Translations under genes and position numbers: made by a program
Source of the DNA: an uncultured virus (IMG/VR IMGVR_UViG_3300032287_003803)
Taxonomy: Duplodnaviria > Heunggongvirae > Uroviricota > Caudoviricetes
Reading direction: 5' to 3' (one strand)
Length of the DNA: 64,000 nucleotides
Virus record (IMG/VR): IMGVR_UViG_3300032287_003803
Notes under the pieces: model-generated
Database searches by the model: none
What the model saw: the letters and a program-made list of their open reading frames with translations, nothing else
What the model was told of the DNA's origin: nothing
Shown: positions 39,239 through 49,282 of the stretch, piece by piece
How the letters are laid out: the number at the start of each line of letters is the position of its first letter
Numbering within the stretch: position 1 is the stretch's first letter

Positions 39239-42200
39239 CGTGATTTTTCGAGCGATCCTCCTAGTCTTTTTTCTTGAGCGATAACGTCTAGTACAGCTTG
39301 GCGGATTTTCTTATGCAATTCTTTTTCTGCTCCAGCAGTATTTTCTTGATTTTGACCGCCAGCTTCATTCGAGGAAACATTAACCACAACGTTTTCGCTG
39401 GAAGAGTTTTGAGTGGCTTGAATGAGTTCATCAAGTTTTGAAATTAAAGCTTGAGTCATTTCAGAAGAAGCGCCTTCGCCGCCAACCGATTGACCGTTGT
39501 TTAGCTGATTAAGGTTTTGAACACCAATGCGTTGAGTGGCGCGATTATTCAAGACGAATTCGCCGCCAGTAAGCATTGCTGGAACGTCATCACGAATATT
39601 AGAACCGCCAGAAATTAAACCGCCAGAAGCTCTATAAGCTCCTCCACTAAAAGTATAAGTTGTTGACTTGGCGTTTTTATATTGAGGATAGATTTGTGTA
39701 AAATCATTCCATAATGAATTGTTACCAGAGGCTAGCTTAGCAGCGTCACTCAACTGTGTTCCAGTCCCTCTAAACATATTGAAAGCACCGCCTTGCCCTC
39801 CAGAACCAACAAAAGCTCCTTTGAAAGCGCTTCCTCCAGCCGCTTTTGCATTTAAAGCTCCAGCTTTCATAGCACTTCCAGTATAACTAAGGGCAGCAGA
39901 TGCGACTGCTGAAATAATTGCGCTTTGCAATTGTTTTTTACGAGCTTTTTTATCTTTGGCAATTTGATCCAGTAATTCAGCGTATTCTTTTTCTTTTTGT
40001 AACCCTTCGAGATAAACCTTGAATGCCTCATCTTTTGACTGCTGAACTCTTTCAAACATTGGGCTGTTCTCTCTGCCGAAAGAAGAGAGTCGAGCGCTTT
40101 CTGGCTCCAAGCCAACGCTTGCACCGCTCATTCCAAAGCCGCCCATGTAGTCATATTGACCACCAGTAAAGCTTTGAGTTGCAAAAGTGAGCAGTTCGTT
40201 CTTGCCAGTGATTGCGCCTTGGCCATAGTCGCCAGGAGTGAAGAATCCGCCGCGACCAGTTTGTGTTGGGAATGTTTCTGGGTCAACTAAACCGCCAGTG
40301 GCGTAGCCGCGCATTTTGCCGTTGTTGAGAGCGTCTAGGAATCCTTTGCCGTATTTATTTACGGCGGATTTTTTCATGACATATTCGCCACCCATGAGCA
40401 TTGCTGGAACGTCATCTTTGGTGCCAGAACCACCCTTGATCATGCCACCAGAAGCCGCAGCAGTCACACCAGTTTTGCTGCCACCGCCAAAGAAACTAAA
40501 TATGCTTGATAAAATTCCGCCCCCACTAGATGCTCCCTTGCCAATCCCACCAGTAACCATGTCAGCAAGGTTAGAGATGTTCTTGCGAGTGATTTCTTGG
40601 AAGAAACTTGTGGCAGCATCAGTGAGTGCTGTTTTAAGGTCTTTCGCGCCACTGATTGCATCGTTCAATCCTTGAGCGAGATTAGAAGAGAACAAGTTCG
40701 GAATCTCTTCGCCAAGAGTTGAGCGATAGTTGTCAAGACGTTCTTGAATAGTGTCTAAGCCTTTTTCGAAGCCTCTTCCGCCGCTTCTTTGTTCTAAGAT
40801 TTGGCGATTTCTAGCGTCGATTAATTCTTGATCAGAAGCTCCTTGATTTTTTAAATCAATAAGTTCTTTAGTATATTTTAATTCATATTCTAATTCTCTT
40901 TTACGAGTGGCTGATTCGGCAGTTGCAAGATCGAATTCAATTTGGCGCAATCTTGTTACTTCTTGAACAGTTTTGTAACGATCTTTGTCGTTAAGACCAG
41001 ATGCGTCAGCTTCTACATTTTGTTTAATGCGTGCCTGCATTAAAGAATTAATGTCTGTGGCTCCAAGTTCATCAAGCATAGCAGTACCAACTCTTCCGCC
41101 AGCGCCCAATCGAAAAGCTTCCAATTGTTGCAAGTAAGAAGCGTAAGCTCCAGTAACTTTGTCAATTTGAGAAGCTTGAATATCTAAAATTTTATTATTT
41201 CCATCAATAGCTGCGGTTGCAGCATTATAATTATTTATTTCAGTATTTAATTGTATATTTAAATTCTCAATCTCGCTTTCAAGAGCTTTTATTTTTGCAG
41301 GATCACCATTTTCTTCTCTTAATTTAATTAATTCATTCTCTTTTTCTCTTTGTTTTAAAAGAATACCTGTTTGTTTCTCTTCAAACTGAGAAAGTTCATT
41401 GCCCTTTTTCAGTTCATTATTTCTTTTTTGCAAGTCAATAACTTGTTTTTTATATGCATCTTGTTGGCCTTGTGTTAAAGTTGGATCAGCAGCTAAAGTC
41501 TCTAACCTAGAAATTTCAGTCTCATTTCTGCCAATTTCAAGACCTCTCGATGAAATATCAAAACTAGAAATTAATTGTGCTGTTTGAGCAATTCTTTGAA
41601 ATGTTGATAATTGATCTTGTAAAGATTGATTAGTATTATCAATTCTTAACTTAAAAGTTGTTTGTTCATTATTTAAATCTTTTTGAGCTTGAGTGCTATC
41701 TTCTATAGATACTGTTTGCTCTTCTAAAGATTTAATTAAATTATCGGCCTGATCTTTACCAATTTTAAAAGTATCTTGTATCTGTTTAGAAAGTTCTGAA
41801 TTGCCGATTTTACCTAAATTGTCTTTAAGGAATTGAGTTAATTTATCTAGATCGCCAACATTAACACTTAAGCCTCCTTGAGAAGCTTTATTGACAACTT
41901 CTTCTGTAGCGGCTAAAATGTCTAGTCTTTTCTTTCTTTCTAATTCAAGATTTTTTAACTCAGATTCTTTAATAATCTTTTGTTTATTTGATAAATCCAA
42001 AGTCTCCAATTCATATTGCAAGGACTGCTCTTGAGATGTTAAACTTTCTTCATTGATCTTCTTAAGAGCAAAAACTCTATCAAGTCTCTGTTTTGCAATC
42101 TCTAAAGATAAACGCTCACCAAAATTAATAGCATTTTGGGTTTTTTGTTCATCTTGTTTTGATTTATTTAAATTTTGCTGGGCTTTAATTTCTTCTTCAA

Positions 42201-45200
42201 TTAATTTTTTTTGCTCCTCGTTTATATCTGTTCCGTATATTTCTCCAGCCTTTGAAAGAGCTTCTTCTATTCCACCAAATGTAGAAATATCTATGGAAGA
42301 CAAAGAATTTCTAAATTTACTAAGCTGTTGGCTTAATTTTTGTCCAATACCGCCTTCTGCGGCTTGTTGTAAACTATTTAAAATATCTGATTTTTGTGTT
42401 ACATCCGTTGTGCGTATATAAGATGCTTGACTTGCATTACCCGCGCTAAAGCCAGCAGTATAGACCTTTTCTTCTTCAAATTTTCGTCCGCTTTCAAGAA
42501 CTCCTTGCACTTGCTGCGCAGAAGCTCCTAGAGCTAAAAGCTGGGCAATAGATTTTCGTACTTCTGGATCAGCGCCAATATCTCCACCGCCTAGTTTTTC
42601 GCTGCGGAAAATATTTGCGATACTATTAAAAAGCCCTTCGTAACCCGCTGAACCTAAGATTTTTTCCGCCTGAGCGGTGGTTTCTGATTGTCTAGTTTTA
42701 GACAAAGATTCAAATTTTAATGACAACTTATCAGAAGCATCAGCTAACTTGGCAGATGCTAATGCAGCTCTTTGATTTTCTCCAGAAAATTCTTTAATAG
42801 CAAAATCAAATAATTTAAACCCTTCCGTTACTGCCGCAAAACCAATTCCAGCTAAGCCAAGACCCTTCATAAACTTACCGAAATTTCCAGCAGGATTAGT
42901 TTGAGAGATTTGCTGTCCCAATAATCCCAAAGAAGTTAGATTACCAATAGTAGAACCCACTTGTTGAGTTAATTTTGCGAAAGAACTTTCACTATCTCCA
43001 ACTGCTCCAGTTAAAAATGAAACTGCGCTTTGAAGCAAGAAAATTTTACCAGCAGCATCGGCAAAACTTTTAGTTACTTTGGGATCAGGAGCTGGATTAG
43101 CTGGCGGATTTAAACTAGCTGCATATCCACTTAATCCAGAAGGAACTGCATAATTCGGCACAAATCCATTTGCCGCACCATAAAGTTTTGGATTCACGCC
43201 TTCCTTGCGTGCGCGAGCAATGCCTTGGAAACCGCCAGCAGGCTCGTCTCTTCGATTGGCCACCATTAACCCCATTGGGTTCATGGATGATTTTAATGCT
43301 GAATCTTGATCAACATAAATTTGTGAATCTGAAAGGCCAGCACTTTTTTCGCGAGCAATAGCTTGTTGAAGAGCAGCAGCAGCAAAATTTGGAATATAGC
43401 CAGAAGCAGAACTAGAAGTCAATATTCCGCCAGCTTTCTTTAATAAAGAAATTTGATCAGAAGTTAAATTATTGGCTTGGAAATTTTTTCCACTAACTCT
43501 TTGTAATTGATTAGCAAAATTACTTTGTCTTATGACTAAGGGTTTTCCAGATAAAAATTTTTGTCTCGCAACTCCAGCCGTAGAAGCTCCAAACACTTCT
43601 TCTTTATAAATTTTACTACCAAAACTTTTTAAAGCGTCACCAGACGCTCGATATTTTGCTTCAACATATTTTACACCCCTAGGAATTCCAAAAAAATCAT
43701 TAACTTCACCAGCGTTAACAAAATCAAAAAGAGCGTTTTGTCCACCCGATTTAAAAGCATTTAAATATTCAGGGTCTTGAATAATGGATTCAATCGCGCT
43801 CTCAAAAATAGTTCCAACTAAACTTGGTATTGCTCCAGCATTAGCTAATTTTTGAACCGAAACTGGGGATATTGGTCGCCCAATAGCAGTGTCAGCAAAT
43901 CTCGCAGCGTCTCTCTGTGCAAAATTTTGATATTTTTTAACCAATGCTTCTTGAGAGAATTTTTTACTATAAGCGGTTGGATTTTTTAATTTACTTAAAT
44001 CAATACCGTAAGCATTAGCTTTGTAATCAATACGGTCACCGTCTTTAGATTTATGTGAAGCAATAATAGGTTGCGTACCTATTGTCTCATTAACAATAAG
44101 TGCATATTTATTACTGACATCTTTAATTTGATCTGCAAAATTAGGCACAAACCCACCAGCCGCAGAAATCTTCTTTGCTCCCGCTGGCAAGCCCATGCTC
44201 TTCACCATGTCTTGATTAAAGATGGCAGAACCACCGCCAGCATAATTAGGAACAATGTACTCGCTTGTGTTGGCAATCATTGTGCCACGTTTGCCGCCAC
44301 CAAACGCAAAGTTTGGAATAGAAACAACTTTGGAACTTGGCGAAGCTCCGCCTACGCCACGACTAACATCTGATGCTTCTTGCGCTGGCAAATATCCACC
44401 AGCAGCTTTACGCTGTAAACCTCCAGCAGTTGCACGGAATCCTCCAGAATAAACTGTTGAAGCGATGCCTCCAGCCAAACCCTGAATAGCTTGCATAGCA
44501 GTAGCTTGCTGATTCAAAAGCCCTAGGAATTTTAACGCTTGCGCATTTTGACCGCCCTGAGTATTTAAAATAGTACTTAAAACACTTTGATTTTTCAGCA
44601 AAGTTTGAACAATAGATTCTTGCACCAGCTTTTGATCAGCAGCAGCTTTTCCAATACCAAAAAATGCTTTTAAGCTTTGAGCGCCAAATTTAGCTAAATC
44701 AAGAGACAGCTTACCAATAATCGCCAAGAAAATTCCAAGACCAGGACCGCTTAATACAGCACCAATACCTTTAACAAAACCCTTGGCAAAATTAGAGCCA
44801 AGATCGTCTCCTTGCAAGAGGCTGCTCGCGCCCTCTAAGAAAGAATTAATTCCATCCAAAAGACCTTTAAGATTATCAGTTAATCCTAATTCTCCTAATA
44901 TGCTTCCTAATTGCTTGCCAGTATTAGCGACCTTATTAAGAATAGCATCAAGAGATTGATTTAATTTTTCATTAGCAACATAAGCTTCATTTGTGGCACC
45001 AGCAGATTCTAGTGTGGCTTTAGCAGCTATGCTGTTTTCTTTATTTAAGTCTCCAACGAGAGAAATTAATTGGTTAATTTGAAAAGTGCCAGCTACGTCT
45101 TTAAAAATGCCAGCTTTAGTAATCTGACTTAATCCTTCAACATCAGTAGCGAGATTTTGTAAAATTTGTCTAGCAGGCAGAATATTTCCCTGCAAATCTT

Positions 45201-46035
45201 GCACTGCAACGCCAAGATTTTGCAAGTTATTAAGAGTGCTAGTATCTTGCAAACGAGTAAAAATAGTTTTAAGGGCGTTACCAATAACTGCGCCACCGCG
45301 AGAAGTTTCTTGTTGGAGAGCGGTAATGATACCAGCAAGCTCATCAAATGTCACCCCAGCGTTTTGCGCAACAGCAGCGCTTCGATTAAAGCCTTCAATC
45401 AAATCAGCAGAAGACACAGCAAATGCTTGGTCAACAGCGGCTAGTTTATTAACGATCTGAGTGGTTGACAATCCCGCTTTTGAGAAAGCATTAAAAGCAG
45501 CAGTCAAACCGTCAACTGATTTTGCAGCATCCAAACCAGTCAAACGAGTAAGAACAAGAGCGTCTTGAGTTCTGCTTAAAGTGTCCTCTAACAGCAAGCC
45601 TTGTCGAGAAAACTCTAGAGCAGCTTTAGAAACTTCGCTAAAACTTTGGCCAGTTTCTTTTGCAATTTTAAAAAGACCTTGGCCAAGCTCTTTTGTTTTG
45701 CCAGTGAATTGATCACCAACAACAGAGATTGCAGTAATAGCCTTCTCCACTTCAATTGTGGAGTTAACAAGACTTTTGAAAGCGCTAGTCACTGCATTAA
45801 CAACACCAACAGAAGCGCCGAAAGCAAGAACGCGAGCATTTGCAGCGTCAAGAGACTTTGTGAACTCATCTGCTTGACCAGTTAAACGGCCAAGAGGTTG
45901 AGAAAGAGAGCTTAATGCTCTTGCGCCATTTTGGCCACCCAAATTAATTCTAACAGAGTTAACAGCATTTTGAATTTGCTGTTGTAACTGAGTAGCGTTT
46001 TGAAGCTGTGCGTTAAGAGGGACATTTATAGCCAT
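39235..46035 (-). CDS. tail tape measure protein
   Basis: 2266 aa with a TP901-type core (AALEFSRQG, GAVIGNALKTIFTRL), long coiled coils and two DDVPAML.GGE(Y/F)V motifs. Confidence 0.92.
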   Translation of the reverse strand: MAINVPLNAQLQNATQLQQQIQNAVNSVRINLGGQNGARALSSLSQPLGRLTGQADEFTKSLDAANARVLAFGASVGVVNAVTSAFKSLVNSTIEVEKAITAISVVGDQFTGKTKELGQGLFKIAKETGQSFSEVSKAALEFSRQGLLLEDTLSRTQDALVLTRLTGLDAAKSVDGLTAAFNAFSKAGLSTTQIVNKLAAVDQAFAVSSADLIEGFNRSAAVAQNAGVTFDELAGIITALQQETSRGGAVIGNALKTIFTRLQDTSTLNNLQNLGVAVQDLQGNILPARQILQNLATDVEGLSQITKAGIFKDVAGTFQINQLISLVGDLNKENSIAAKATLESAGATNEAYVANEKLNQSLDAILNKVANTGKQLGSILGELGLTDNLKGLLDGINSFLEGASSLLQGDDLGSNFAKGFVKGIGAVLSGPGLGIFLAIIGKLSLDLAKFGAQSLKAFFGIGKAAADQKLVQESIVQTLLKNQSVLSTILNTQGGQNAQALKFLGLLNQQATAMQAIQGLAGGIASTVYSGGFRATAGGLQRKAAGGYLPAQEASDVSRGVGGASPSSKVVSIPNFAFGGGKRGTMIANTSEYIVPNYAGGGSAIFNQDMVKSMGLPAGAKKISAAGGFVPNFADQIKDVSNKYALIVNETIGTQPIIASHKSKDGDRIDYKANAYGIDLSKLKNPTAYSKKFSQEALVKKYQNFAQRDAARFADTAIGRPISPVSVQKLANAGAIPSLVGTIFESAIESIIQDPEYLNAFKSGGQNALFDFVNAGEVNDFFGIPRGVKYVEAKYRASGDALKSFGSKIYKEEVFGASTAGVARQKFLSGKPLVIRQSNFANQLQRVSGKNFQANNLTSDQISLLKKAGGILTSSSASGYIPNFAAAALQQAIAREKSAGLSDSQIYVDQDSALKSSMNPMGLMVANRRDEPAGGFQGIARARKEGVNPKLYGAANGFVPNYAVPSGLSGYAASLNPPANPAPDPKVTKSFADAAGKIFLLQSAVSFLTGAVGDSESSFAKLTQQVGSTIGNLTSLGLLGQQISQTNPAGNFGKFMKGLGLAGIGFAAVTEGFKLFDFAIKEFSGENQRAALASAKLADASDKLSLKFESLSKTRQSETTAQAEKILGSAGYEGLFNSIANIFRSEKLGGGDIGADPEVRKSIAQLLALGASAQQVQGVLESGRKFEEEKVYTAGFSAGNASQASYIRTTDVTQKSDILNSLQQAAEGGIGQKLSQQLSKFRNSLSSIDISTFGGIEEALSKAGEIYGTDINEEQKKLIEEEIKAQQNLNKSKQDEQKTQNAINFGERLSLEIAKQRLDRVFALKKINEESLTSQEQSLQYELETLDLSNKQKIIKESELKNLELERKKRLDILAATEEVVNKASQGGLSVNVGDLDKLTQFLKDNLGKIGNSELSKQIQDTFKIGKDQADNLIKSLEEQTVSIEDSTQAQKDLNNEQTTFKLRIDNTNQSLQDQLSTFQRIAQTAQLISSFDISSRGLEIGRNETEISRLETLAADPTLTQGQQDAYKKQVIDLQKRNNELKKGNELSQFEEKQTGILLKQREKENELIKLREENGDPAKIKALESEIENLNIQLNTEINNYNAATAAIDGNNKILDIQASQIDKVTGAYASYLQQLEAFRLGAGGRVGTAMLDELGATDINSLMQARIKQNVEADASGLNDKDRYKTVQEVTRLRQIEFDLATAESATRKRELEYELKYTKELIDLKNQGASDQELIDARNRQILEQRSGGRGFEKGLDTIQERLDNYRSTLGEEIPNLFSSNLAQGLNDAISGAKDLKTALTDAATSFFQEITRKNISNLADMVTGGIGKGASSGGGILSSIFSFFGGGSKTGVTAAASGGMIKGGSGTKDDVPAMLMGGEYVMKKSAVNKYGKGFLDALNNGKMRGYATGGLVDPETFPTQTGRGGFFTPGDYGQGAITGKNELLTFATQSFTGGQYDYMGGFGMSGASVGLEPESARLSSFGRENSPMFERVQQSKDEAFKVYLEGLQKEKEYAELLDQIAKDKKARKKQLQSAIISAVASAALSYTGSAMKAGALNAKAAGGSAFKGAFVGSGGQGGAFNMFRGTGTQLSDAAKLASGNNSLWNDFTQIYPQYKNAKSTTYTFSGGAYRASGGLISGGSNIRDDVPAMLTGGEFVLNNRATQRIGVQNLNQLNNGQSVGGEGASSEMTQALISKLDELIQATQNSSSENVVVNVSSNEAGGQNQENTAGAEKELHKKIRQAVLDVIAQEKRLGGSLEKSR

Positions 46036-46036
46036 A

Positions 46037-46062
46037 CCTTATTCCTTAAAAGGTTATTACAC
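46037..46062 (-). promoter_or_regulatory. GTGTAA element plus AAGGAATAAGG leader of TMP
   Basis: Minus strand reads GTGTAA taacctttt AAGGAATAAGG t ATG. Confidence 0.55.
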
Positions 46063-47037
46063 CTTTTGCCCCATAACTTCCATCATTTGTTCCATATTTA
46101 ATTGCCCGTTATTTTTCTTCAACAGTTCCGAAAGCGAAACTTTCTTAGCTTCTGGATCAACAAAATCTAAATCTTCTTTTTTAGAGTTAAAGAGAGCAGT
46201 GGCAGAATTATCTTTCGCAGAGTTTGAGAGCTTTGTTTTGTTTCTGCTGCTTTCGGCGAAATCTATGAGAGCTTTTGGGTCTTTGCGAATAGAATCTGGA
46301 ATCTTGTCAACGTTTTGGAAAATGTTTAAGAACATTCTTCCATAAGCAATAACTTTGAGTTGATACAGCGAAAGCCTAATCAAAGGCTTGGCGAAAAAAT
46401 CCCACGGTTTCTCACAGTGGCTTAAATACAAGCTAAAACAGTCTTGTAAAACAGCATGCTGAATATTCTCGTCAGAGAATTTATTCATAATCTTGTAGTA
46501 AGAGTTCATGAGCGACGAAAGCTCACTGTCATCTAGTTCGCCAAAGTCTTCGTCTGAAAAAAGCAGTTTTGTAGTTTGTTCGTCGCTGTATAAAAGATTT
46601 CTTAAAAAATCTTCGTTGGATCGGTTGTTAGCATACTCTGTGGCAGTCTTGCCTACGAGTTGTTTTTTTTGACTTTTTAATTCAAAAAGTTTAAATTTTT
46701 CTTCATCAATTAATTTTTGATGACTCTCTTTTTGAGAAGGCAGCATCAGTTTGCTTTTTGTCTTCTCTAGGTTTTGCGCGAAGCTTTCTAGCTCTAAGAT
46801 TTTATTTTCATCATCTTTGCTCCAAGTGCCATCTCTGTCTAGTCGCGCCAATACATCTTTTTCTTCTTGGATGCCTTTTGCAATGGCTCGATTTTTATGT
46901 TGTTCGAAATTCTTATTTAAGAACTCTTGGTCCTTTAATGAGAAATGGCGCAAAAACACGGTTTGATCTTTAAAATCAAACCGTGTGTATCCATCAAAAA
47001 TCTCATTAACAATCTCTATGTAAAGATTATCATTCAA
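46057..47037 (-). CDS. putative tail assembly chaperone
   Basis: Helical, charged protein directly upstream of TMP. TTG start overlaps the upstream stop. Confidence 0.55.
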   Translation of the reverse strand: MNDNLYIEIVNEIFDGYTRFDFKDQTVFLRHFSLKDQEFLNKNFEQHKNRAIAKGIQEEKDVLARLDRDGTWSKDDENKILELESFAQNLEKTKSKLMLPSQKESHQKLIDEEKFKLFELKSQKKQLVGKTATEYANNRSNEDFLRNLLYSDEQTTKLLFSDEDFGELDDSELSSLMNSYYKIMNKFSDENIQHAVLQDCFSLYLSHCEKPWDFFAKPLIRLSLYQLKVIAYGRMFLNIFQNVDKIPDSIRKDPKALIDFAESSRNKTKLSNSAKDNSATALFNSKKEDLDFVDPEAKKVSLSELLKKNNGQLNMEQMMEVMGQKV

Positions 47038-47843
47038 GACTTAGCTTTTTTCTTTTTTGGCGACTCTTCTTTTGGAGATTCTTCTTTCTGGGAAGTTTCT
47101 GAATCTCCTTTGCCTTCAAACAAACCATCGAAATCTTCTTTATCGGCAGCTTGGTTATAAAACCAGAAAGCAGCAACATTGGAAACCTTTCGGGCGATCT
47201 CAAAATAAAGAGGGTCTTCTTGCTCTTCTTTTTGATAGTAGTCTTCAAGACGATCTTCAAAGTCTTCGCCGCTAAAATATGGTTTTGGCTTGTCTTGATT
47301 CTCTTTTTGAATATAGGTGAGATTGATGATGTACCAAATGAGAAGACGATTTTGAGCCTTCATATCAGCAGTGTGATCAAAGAGAGATTGATAAGCCATT
47401 TCAGTCTTGACGATTTGATCGCGAACCTGAGCCATTTCAAGAGAGAGAGCTTCAGTTTTCTTTTTGCGATTATCGTCAGTCTTGTTGATAGTTTCGTTTT
47501 CAGTATATTCTCTCTGTAGTTCCAAGAGCTTTTGATAGTTCTGGTAAAGAGTCTTCGCTTCTGTTTCGCTCATCAAGCCGCCAGTGTCAGAATACTTTTT
47601 GACAAGCATTGCTTTGGTAAGAATACCTTTTTTAATACAGCGGGACATTTCCACGCTATATTCCAAATCAGCTTCTTCGATTTGACGGCGCGAAGGCTTT
47701 TTGAGAAACACCTTGATGGGAGATTTCTCGCTTACTTTTTTAGTTACCTTCACTTCATTGCCTTGTTCGTCGTTTGAGACGGACTCAACAGGTTTCTCAA
47801 CTGTTTCATAAACAGTAAAATTGTAGATGTCTTTGAATTCCAT
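47034..47843 (-). CDS. putative tail assembly chaperone
   Basis: Position before TMP; coiled-coil protein. Confidence 0.55.
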   Translation of the reverse strand: MEFKDIYNFTVYETVEKPVESVSNDEQGNEVKVTKKVSEKSPIKVFLKKPSRRQIEEADLEYSVEMSRCIKKGILTKAMLVKKYSDTGGLMSETEAKTLYQNYQKLLELQREYTENETINKTDDNRKKKTEALSLEMAQVRDQIVKTEMAYQSLFDHTADMKAQNRLLIWYIINLTYIQKENQDKPKPYFSGEDFEDRLEDYYQKEEQEDPLYFEIARKVSNVAAFWFYNQAADKEDFDGLFEGKGDSETSQKEESPKEESPKKKKAKS

Positions 47844-47858
47844 ATTCCTTGTTATATA

Positions 47859-48149
47859 TTAATCTTTAAAAACGAAACTTACAGTAAAATTATTTAATTC
47901 TGAATCTGAGGAGCGCATAGTCTCATTGCCCAAATCTAAAATCTTCTTTCTGATATAAGACATTTTATCGTCATCAAGATAGTCTCCCATATTTAAAATG
48001 GAAGAATATTGTTCTGGCAAATTTTCACGCATTTTCTTATGGGCATCATCGTGATCCCGTTTTAACTCTTCCACAATTCTTAAAAATTGTTTAAAAAGAT
48101 GCTTAGTGTTTTCGTTATAGTGACGAGATAAGATTTTTTTTGCGTTCAT
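47859..48149 (-). CDS. hypothetical protein
   Basis: 96-aa ORF with upstream TATAAT and AAGGTATAAGG. Confidence 0.65.
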   Translation of the reverse strand: MNAKKILSRHYNENTKHLFKQFLRIVEELKRDHDDAHKKMRENLPEQYSSILNMGDYLDDDKMSYIRKKILDLGNETMRSSDSELNNFTVSFVFKD

Positions 48150-48180
48150 GCCTTATACCTTTATTATAATAAAAGAAAAA

Positions 48181-48186
48181 GTGTAA
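48181..48186 (+). promoter_or_regulatory. GTGTAA putative phage promoter element
   Basis: 11 nt before ATG 48198. Confidence 0.6.
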
Positions 48187-48197
48187 AAATAAATAAC

Positions 48198-48659
48198 ATG
48201 GCTGGATTTTTATCAGAAAACCAAAAAACTAACATCAAATCAATCATTGATCAAATCCACGACACTTTTGCTCGCGAGATCACTGTATTCAAAATTGGTC
48301 AAAGAACCGTAATCTCTTCTTCTGCCAATTACAACGCTCTTTATCGCCAACAGTCTTCTAATACAGAAACAACAGAAGTCTCACAGACTTTTCAAGCGCG
48401 AATTAAATATGTTGAGATGAGCGAAACTCTCTTGCAAGATTCTCAATCGAATTCCTCATATTCATCTGGCCAAGATAAAATTATTCTTCCTGCGGGAACT
48501 GTTAAAATTAAAGTAAATTTAGAAGGCTACGAATATGTTCGCGAAGCTAAGAGAGTTGAATTGGATGGGCGGCGTTTTTCAATCAAAAGCGACGGCAAAC
48601 CTCTTGGCATGTTTGGGCCGCAGTATTATGAATTTATTTTAATCCCAATGGACGAATAA
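48198..48659 (+). CDS. putative head-closure/neck protein
   Basis: Size, RVELDGRRF beta motif, and position as first gene of the neck operon. Confidence 0.5.
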   Translation: MAGFLSENQKTNIKSIIDQIHDTFAREITVFKIGQRTVISSSANYNALYRQQSSNTETTEVSQTFQARIKYVEMSETLLQDSQSNSSYSSGQDKIILPAGTVKIKVNLEGYEYVREAKRVELDGRRFSIKSDGKPLGMFGPQYYEFILIPMDE

Positions 48660-49282
48660 TGGCAAAAAAAGTTTCTATAAAATCTTTCGCAAAAGAATTG
48701 CAAAAATTTGTTGTTCGCGCAGTTGTAAAGCAAAATCGCAAAGCTTTCCAGCAAAGAATCATAGCTGCTTTTGAAAAAATCAAAAAAGAAATGCTTGAAG
48801 AGTTTTTGGCGCATCCTGTTTCTGTTGAAATTCTTGGAGGACCAAACGCTCAAAATACCAGTGAAACTTTGGGAGGTTACGGCAATTTATTTTCTTTTAT
48901 TGGTTTTAATGAGGGAGACTCGCCGCTACAGTCAGTGATTGACTTGATTGAATCAAGCAAGATAGAAGATGGTCGAGATACTGAATCTGGGTTTTTAATG
49001 AAGATTTTTTTACCTTCAAAAGAGGAAGTTTTTTCTGTTACTCCTATGCCTTGGGCAAGTGGTCGCTCTTGGGCAGAAGGTATAGAGCGAGGAATATCTG
49101 GCTTTGGCTCTTATTTAAATATAGACTCAAACTTAAGTCGTTCTAGTGCAGGCGTTCAAGCACAAAGTGTAATTAGAAAAGGTAAGTTTAAAAATACTGC
49201 ATACATTTCTGCGCTATTAAGTAAATACGCCAAAAAATTCCAGCAAATCGACAAAAGTGTCGTGCTCACGGGCATTCTATGA
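48659..49282 (+). CDS. putative neck/tail completion protein
   Basis: Position in the neck operon; GNLFSFIGF and SWAEGIERG. Confidence 0.45.
   Translation: MAKKVSIKSFAKELQKFVVRAVVKQNRKAFQQRIIAAFEKIKKEMLEEFLAHPVSVEILGGPNAQNTSETLGGYGNLFSFIGFNEGDSPLQSVIDLIESSKIEDGRDTESGFLMKIFLPSKEEVFSVTPMPWASGRSWAEGIERGISGFGSYLNIDSNLSRSSAGVQAQSVIRKGKFKNTAYISALLSKYAKKFQQIDKSVVLTGIL

Noticed and set aside
47030..47062. A-AAA-AAG slippery site at the end of the first tail chaperone, suggesting a lambda G/GT-type -1 frameshift
   Set aside because: The -1 frame reads AAA GAA AAA AGC TAA, a stop two codons before the TTG of the downstream ORF, so no fusion would result.
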